The translations under genes were made by a program, and so were the position numbers. The notes under the pieces are model-generated. The model did not search any database, was not told the origin of the DNA, and was given only the letters and a program-made list of their open reading frames with translations. From an uncultured Chloroflexia bacterium (GTDB lineage: Bacteria > Chloroflexota > Limnocylindria > Limnocylindrales > CSP1-4): 64,000 nucleotides of DNA. Where the stretch lies: contig CAWFXA010000002.1 of assembly GCA_963819655.1 (NCBI GenBank), positions 1,472,001 through 1,536,000 of the forward strand, given 5' to 3'. This document shows positions 58,038 through 64,000 of this stretch, piece after piece; position 1 is the first letter of the stretch; every line of letters starts with the position of its first letter.

Positions 58038-61000
58038 GTGGCAAGCTCCGTCGTCGCCGATCCGCTCGCACCCTTCTCGCCCGCCGTTCGGGCCTGGTTC
58101 GAAGCGAGCTTCGAGGCCCCGACCGAAGCCCAGTCCCGCGGCTGGGCGGCAATCGCCCGCGGCGACCACACCCTGATCCACGCCCCGACCGGCAGCGGCA
58201 AGACCCTCGCCGCCTTCCTGTACGCGCTGGACCGCCTCGCCCGCGACCCGAGCCCGCCGGCAACACGAGAGAACCCGGGCCACGTCCGGGTCCTCTACAT
58301 CTCCCCGTTGAAGGCCCTGACATACGACGTGGAACGCAACCTGAGGGCGCCACTCACCGGCATCGGCCTTGCCGCGCAAAAGCTCGGCGACGAGCCGCCG
58401 CGGATCACCGTTGCGAGCCGGACCGGCGACACCCCCAGTGAGGACCGTCGCGAGATCGCCCGCCGACCGCCCGACATCCTCATCACCACCCCCGAGAGCC
58501 TGTACCTGCTGCTCACGAGCCAGGCACGCGAGATCCTGCGCAACGTCGAACACGTGATCGTCGACGAGGTCCACGCGATCGCCGGCACGAAACGCGGCGC
58601 GCACCTCGCGCTGACCCTGGAACGTCTGGAGCACCTGCGCGACCCGGACCGGACGAAGCCGCCCCAGCGCATCGGCTTGTCAGCCACCCAACGGCCGCTC
58701 GACACGATCGCGCGCTTCCTGGGCGGCATCGGCCCGGACCGAGACGTCTCGATCGTGGACGCCGGCTCGCGGAAGCCGCTCGAGCTCGAGGTCGTCGTCC
58801 CGGTCGACGATATGGCGGCCATCGGCGAGGTGCTCCCGCAGGAGCAGCAGCCCGGTGGCCCGGCGATCAGCCCGGACTTGCGGACGAGCATCTGGCCGTC
58901 GATCCACCCGCGGATCCTCGAACTGATCCGCAGCCACAAGAGCACGATCGTCTTCACGAACAGCCGCCGCCTCAGCGAGCGCCTCGCGCAACGCCTCAAC
59001 GAGCTGGCCGGCGAGGATCTGGTCCGCGCCCACCACGGGAGCATCGCCCGCGAACAGCGCCTCGAGATCGAGGAGGAGCTCAAGGCCGGTCGACTCCCGG
59101 CGTTGGTCGCCACCAGCAGCCTCGAGCTCGGCATCGACATGGGCGCGGTGGACCTCGTCATCCAGGTCGAGAGCCCGACGTCGGTCGCCCGTGGGCTGCA
59201 GCGCGTCGGCCGTGCGGGCCACCAGGTCGGGGCCCCGAGCAAGGGCGTGATCTTCCCGAAGTACCGCGGCGACCTCCTCGAAGTCGCGGTCGTCACCCGG
59301 CGGATGCACGAGGGCCAGATCGAGCAGACCAGGATCCCGCGCAACCCGCTCGATGTCCTCGCCCAACAGATCGTGGCGATGACGGTGATGGACACGTGGA
59401 CCGGCGACGACCTGTTCCGGACAGTGACCAAAGCCTCTCCGTACGAGACCCTCACGCGCGACGTCATGGACGGCGTCCTCGGCATGCTCGCCGGCGCCTA
59501 CCCGTCCGACGAGTTCGCCGAGCTCAAGCCGCGCGTCGTATGGGACCGCGTCACCGACACGATCGAGGGTCGTCGCGACGCGCGCGTCGTTGCGGTGACG
59601 AGCGGCGGCACCATCCCGGACCGCGGCCTGTTCGGCGTCTTCATGGAGGGCGAGGCGGGGACCCCGGGCCGGCGCGTCGGCGAGCTCGACGAGGAGATGG
59701 TCTACGAGCTCCGAGCCGGGATGCACGGCGACGTCATCATCCTCGGGGCGAGCTCGTGGCGGGTCCTGGACATCGGGCACGATCGTGTCACGGTCTCGCC
59801 CGCACCCGGCGTCCCGGGCAAGCTGCCGTTCTGGAAGGGCGACGCCGTCGGTCGCCCGATCGAGCTCGGCCGCGCGCTCGGCGCGTTCATCGGGGAGCTC
59901 GAGGGCGATCTGCACCGTGGACCCAAGGGACGGGAGGCCGCCGCCCAGCGGCTCAAGGACCACCACGACCTCGACGACCGCGCCGCCGAGAACCTGCTCT
60001 CGTATCTCGAGGACGAGCGCGACGCGACCGGCGCCCTGCCGACCGACAAGCGCATCGTGGTCGAGCGGTTCCGCGACGAGCTCGGCGACTGGCGTCTGAC
60101 GCTCCTGTCGCCGTTCGGTGGCGCGGGTCCACGCGCCGTGGTCGCTCGCGATCGAGGCGCGGCTGCGCGACCGCCTCGGCATCGAGGTCCAGACGATCTG
60201 GTCGGACGACGGGATCGCGATCCGGCTGCCCGAAGGGGAGGGGAGCCTCGACGGCATCGAGGAGCTGCTCTTCCCGGCGTCCGAGGACGTCGAGGACCTG
60301 GTCGTCGGCCAGGTCGCCAACTCGGCGCTGTTCGCGAGCAGATTCCGCGAGAACGCCGCGCGGGCCCTGCTTCTGCCGCGCCGTCGGCCTGGGACACGGA
60401 CGCCGCTGTGGCAGCAGCGCCAGCGTGCGGCGGACCTGCTCGCGGTCGCGAGTCGCTACGGCAGCTTCCCGATCCTCGTCGAGACGTACCGCGAATGCCT
60501 GTCCGACGTTTTCGACCTCGACGCGCTGCGCGACATCCTTGGCGGCGTCGCCAGTCGCGAGATCGCGATCCATGGCGTCGAAACGCCGAAGGCCAGCCCG
60601 TTCGCGAGCAGCCTTCTGTTCGACTACGTGGCCGCGTACATGTACGAGGGCGACGCGCCGCTCGCCGAGCGCCGCGCCGGTGCGCTCACGCTCGATCGCG
60701 ACCTGCTGCGCGAGCTGCTCGGCCAGGAGGAGCTGCGCGAGCTGCTCGATCCGGAGGCGCTGGCCGACCTCGAGCTGTCGCTCCAGGCACTGACCGACGA
60801 TCGGCAGGCAACGACTGTCGACCAGGTCCACGACCTCCTTCGCCGGCTGGGCGATCTCTCGACGGATGAGGTGGCTGCGCGCGTCGCGGGCGGTGCGACG
60901 GCCGCCGCGTCCTGGCTCGACGAGCTGGCCGGCGCTCGCAGGGCGGTCAAAGTCCGGATCGCCCGCGACGAGCGCTGGATCGCGATCGAGGACGTCGCCC

Positions 61001-62620
61001 GGTACCGGGATGGCGTCGGTGTGACCGCCCCGGTCGGCGTGCCCGAGGCGTTCCTGGCACCGGCGGTCGCCGCCCTCGACGGCCTGCTTGCCCGCTTCGC
61101 GCGGACCCACGGGCCGTTCCTGACGCCCGAGCCGGCAGCCCGGTGGGGCCTGCCACTCGGCATCGTCGAGGACGCCCTCGAGCGGCTGCTCGCCGCCGGC
61201 ACGATCCTGCGCGGCGAGTTCCGGCCGGGCGGCGCGGAGCGCGAATGGTGCGATCCGGACGTCCTCCGGCTCCTGCGCCGACGCTCGCTGGCGCGTCTGC
61301 GACGAGAAGTGGAGCCGGTCGACCCAGCCGCGCTCGCACGGTTCCTGCCGGCGTGGCATGGGATCGCGCCGGTCGCGGGTCCCGGTGCGGAGCCGTCGCC
61401 CTTCCGCGGTTCGGCCGCCCTGGAGCGGCTGGCCGAGGTCGTCGACCAGCTCGCCGGCGTCGCCATCCCCGCGTCCGTGCTCGAGCGAGACGTGCTCCCG
61501 GCGCGCGTCCCGGGCTACACCGCCCGCCTGCTCGACGAGCTCGGCGCGATGGGCGAGGTGGCATGGGTCGGACGTGGGAGCCTCGGCCGAGACGACGGCC
61601 GCATCGCGCTCTACCGGCCCGGCCGCGACGCCCTGCGTCCGCCCGGCACCCTCGACGCGCAACGACGATCCGACCGCCCGACCCAGCGGCGAGCGCCACG
61701 AGCGGATCAGGCAACACCTTGCCGCGCGCGGTGCCAGCTTCTATCGAGCCATCCACGCCGCGGCCGGCGGCGGCTCGGACCGGGAGATGCTCGACGCGCT
61801 GTGGGACCTGGTCTGGGCGGGCGAGGTCACGAACGACACGTTCGCGCCGCTCCGAGCGCTGCGTTGGAAGCGACCATCCGGATCCGGACCGGGCGCCCGG
61901 CGCGGCCGGCCGGGACGGCTGACCGCTCTTGGCCCGCCAGAGGCAGCGGGCCGCTGGTCGCTGGTCGAACCGGTCGAGGACGTCGCACCGACGGAGCGCC
62001 TCCACGCACAGGCCCTCGCCCTGCTGGAGCGGCACGGGGTGCTGACGCGCGAGGCGGTCGCTGCGGAAGGCGTCGACGGCGGTTTTGCCGGGGTCTACCC
62101 GATCCTTCGGGCGCTCGAGGAGGGAGGCCGGATCAGGCGCGGCTATTTCGTCGATGGGTTGGGCGCCGCGCAGTTCGCGCTGGCCGGCGCTCTGGATCGA
62201 CTGCGCGCCGTGCGCGATGGCGACGAGGGATCGTCCGCACCGACCGTCCACGTTCTGGCCGCGGCCGATCCCGCCAACCCGTACGGGGCGGCTCTGCCAT
62301 GGCCGCGCCGCGGCGACGAGGATCGGCGCCCGTTCCAGCGCGCGGCGGGCGCGTATGTCGTCCTCGTCGACGGGATCGCGGCCCTCTACCTGGAACGCGG
62401 CGCCTCGACGATCCAGACGCTTCCGGCCGCCGACGATCCGGACGTCGCCCTGTCCGCGCTCCGTGGCCTGACTTCCCTGGTCCGCGGCGGACGGATCCGC
62501 GAGCTGGTCATCCGCAAGGTCGACGGCGCAGCCATCGGCGAGTCGCCATGGCGACCGGCCCTGCTTGAAGCCGGCTTCGCCGCCGGCTACCGCGGGCTCA
62601 CCCTGCGCGAGCCGCGCTGA
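58038..62620 (+). CDS. lhr: Lhr ATP-dependent helicase, long form (frameshifts near 60125 and 61655)
   Basis: APTGSGKT, ITTPESL, DEVH, SAT, HHGS, TSSLELGID, QRVGRAGH, PLWQQRQRA, RRGYFVDGLGAAQFA, DPANPYG. Confidence 0.93.
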
Positions 62621-62641
62621 CCACGGTCGTGCGTCACACCG

Positions 62642-63427
62642 ATGCCTGAGGGCGACACGCTCTTCCGGACCGCGGCCGGTCTCCGGCCGTACCTGGTCGG
62701 TCGTGACGTGCTCGCGGCCCGCGCCCAGGGACCCGGTGCGGTCCCGCAGATCCACCGCGTCATCGGCAAGCGCGTCGATGCCGTCGAAGCACACGGCAAG
62801 AACCTCCTGATCCGGTTCGACGGCGGCCTGGAGCTCCGGACGCACCTCCGCATGAACGGGTCGTGGCACCGCTACCGACCGGGTGAACGCTGGCGTCGGC
62901 CGCCGGGTCGCGCCCGGCTCGTGCTCGAGGTCGACGGCGCCGTGGCCGTCTGTTTCGATGCGCCGGTGGTCGAACTGTTCGAGACCCGCGCCGAGCGCGT
63001 CCACGCGTCCCTGTCGCGGTTGGGTCCGGACCTCCTGTCGCCCGACTTCGATGCCGCCGAGGCTCATCGACGACTGCGTTCGCCCGAACGACGATCGATG
63101 GCGATCGGTGGCGCACTGCTCGACCAGCGAGCGCTCGCGGGTCTCGGCAACATCTGGCGCAACGAGACGCTCTTCGCGGAGCGCGTCGACCCGTTCGCGC
63201 CCGTCGAGGACGTCGAAGATGCCGCCCTCGATCGGCTGATCACGACCGGCCGGCGACTGCTGATGGAAAGCGCGCAGGTCGCACCGGGTCGGGGCGCCAC
63301 CCGCGTCTACCGCCGGACCGGGCGTCCGTGCCCGCGCTGCGGGACCCTGATCCGCTCGGCACCGCTGACTGGGGACGTGCCGCGGACGACGTACTGGTGC
63401 CCCACCTGCCAGGGAGGGACTGCATGA
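62642..63427 (+). CDS. nei: Fpg/Nei-family DNA glycosylase
   Basis: MPEGD, GKNLL, HLRMNGSW, LGPDLL, LLDQR..AGLGN, C-terminal CPRC..CPTCQ zinc finger; follows lhr. Confidence 0.93.
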   Translation: MPEGDTLFRTAAGLRPYLVGRDVLAARAQGPGAVPQIHRVIGKRVDAVEAHGKNLLIRFDGGLELRTHLRMNGSWHRYRPGERWRRPPGRARLVLEVDGAVAVCFDAPVVELFETRAERVHASLSRLGPDLLSPDFDAAEAHRRLRSPERRSMAIGGALLDQRALAGLGNIWRNETLFAERVDPFAPVEDVEDAALDRLITTGRRLLMESAQVAPGRGATRVYRRTGRPCPRCGTLIRSAPLTGDVPRTTYWCPTCQGGTA

Positions 63428-63717
63428 GCGACATCGATGCCCGCTGCCAGCCGGCGCCCGACGGCTGGCGCTGTGCCGTGACCATTCGCGACGACCGCGG
63501 ATCAAGCAGTCACGACGTCACGGTCAGTTCGGCCGATGCCGACGCGCTCGCGGCAGCGAGCGCCGCCGAGGACGTCGAGCGCCTCGTCTACGAGACGTTC
63601 GACTTCCTGCTCGAGCGCGAGCCGAGGGAGTCGATCCTGCGCTCGTTCGACTTGTCGGTCGTCGGGCAGTACTTCCCCGAGTTCGAGCACGAGATCCGGA
63701 GCCGGCTGGCGCCGTAG
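63424..63717 (+). CDS. Conserved hypothetical protein
   Basis: SD GGAGG, ATGA overlap; H.VTV, F.FLLEREP.ESIL..FDL..V..YFPEFE. Confidence 0.75.
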   Translation: MSDIDARCQPAPDGWRCAVTIRDDRGSSSHDVTVSSADADALAAASAAEDVERLVYETFDFLLEREPRESILRSFDLSVVGQYFPEFEHEIRSRLAP

Positions 63718-63739
63718 GCGGCGCGTATCATCGGCGCCC

Positions 63740-64000
63740 ATGTGCGAGCACTACATCGCGCGGGCCGCCGAGCCGTTCCGGCTCGACGAGCTGTGGCCGT
63801 TCACCGAGCGCCTCGAGCGTTTCGGGCTGGCCGGGTTCGGCTGGGGTGCGGCATGGCTCGGGGCCGACGGCCGGCTGGCCATTCATCGCGATGTCCGATC
63901 CTTCTGCGACGATCCCGCCGGAGCTGCGCGGGTCGGTGCGCACGAGACGACCGCGGCGCTGGTCCATCTTCGGCGGCCCTCGCGCCTCTCGACTCTTCAG
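63740..64000 (+). CDS. Class II glutamine amidotransferase-like protein (partial, runs off window)
   Basis: N-terminal MCE (Cys2 nucleophile), GFGWG.AW, LVHLRRPS; TATCAT -10 lies 8 nt before the ATG. Confidence 0.7.
   Translation, partial: MCEHYIARAAEPFRLDELWPFTERLERFGLAGFGWGAAWLGADGRLAIHRDVRSFCDDPAGAARVGAHETTAALVHLRRPSRLSTLQ

Overview
High-GC bacterial chromosomal window; gene content suggests Chloroflexota, possibly Limnocylindria (inference only). Scattered single-base indels break about ten otherwise intact genes, most likely long-read assembly errors. In order, it holds: the end of a sugar-regulator/FGGY-kinase/NMT1-type ABC operon; a purine catabolism cluster (guaD, xanthine dehydrogenase, uraD, uricase, malate synthase, cyclic amidohydrolase, DUF3830, uraH); two secreted subtilases; NHEJ genes (ku, ligD); a small restriction-modification/Vsr/toxin-antitoxin island; assorted enzymes including an AcuC-GNAT fusion; a PTS-dependent dihydroxyacetone kinase operon; and lhr-nei. 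No rRNA, tRNA, CRISPR-cas, integrase or transposase was seen. There are two best candidates for undescribed systems. (1) A DhaL paralog with an altered catalytic loop is translationally coupled to a soluble histidine kinase and an OmpR-type regulator. It is divergent from the dha operon, with three 11-bp-periodic repeats in the shared promoter. (2) Three stand-alone XRE-HTH genes, two with a PD-(D/E)XK-like domain, each sit with their own family of short palindromic repeats. One array is helically phased and one cassette is bounded by 61-bp inverted repeats.
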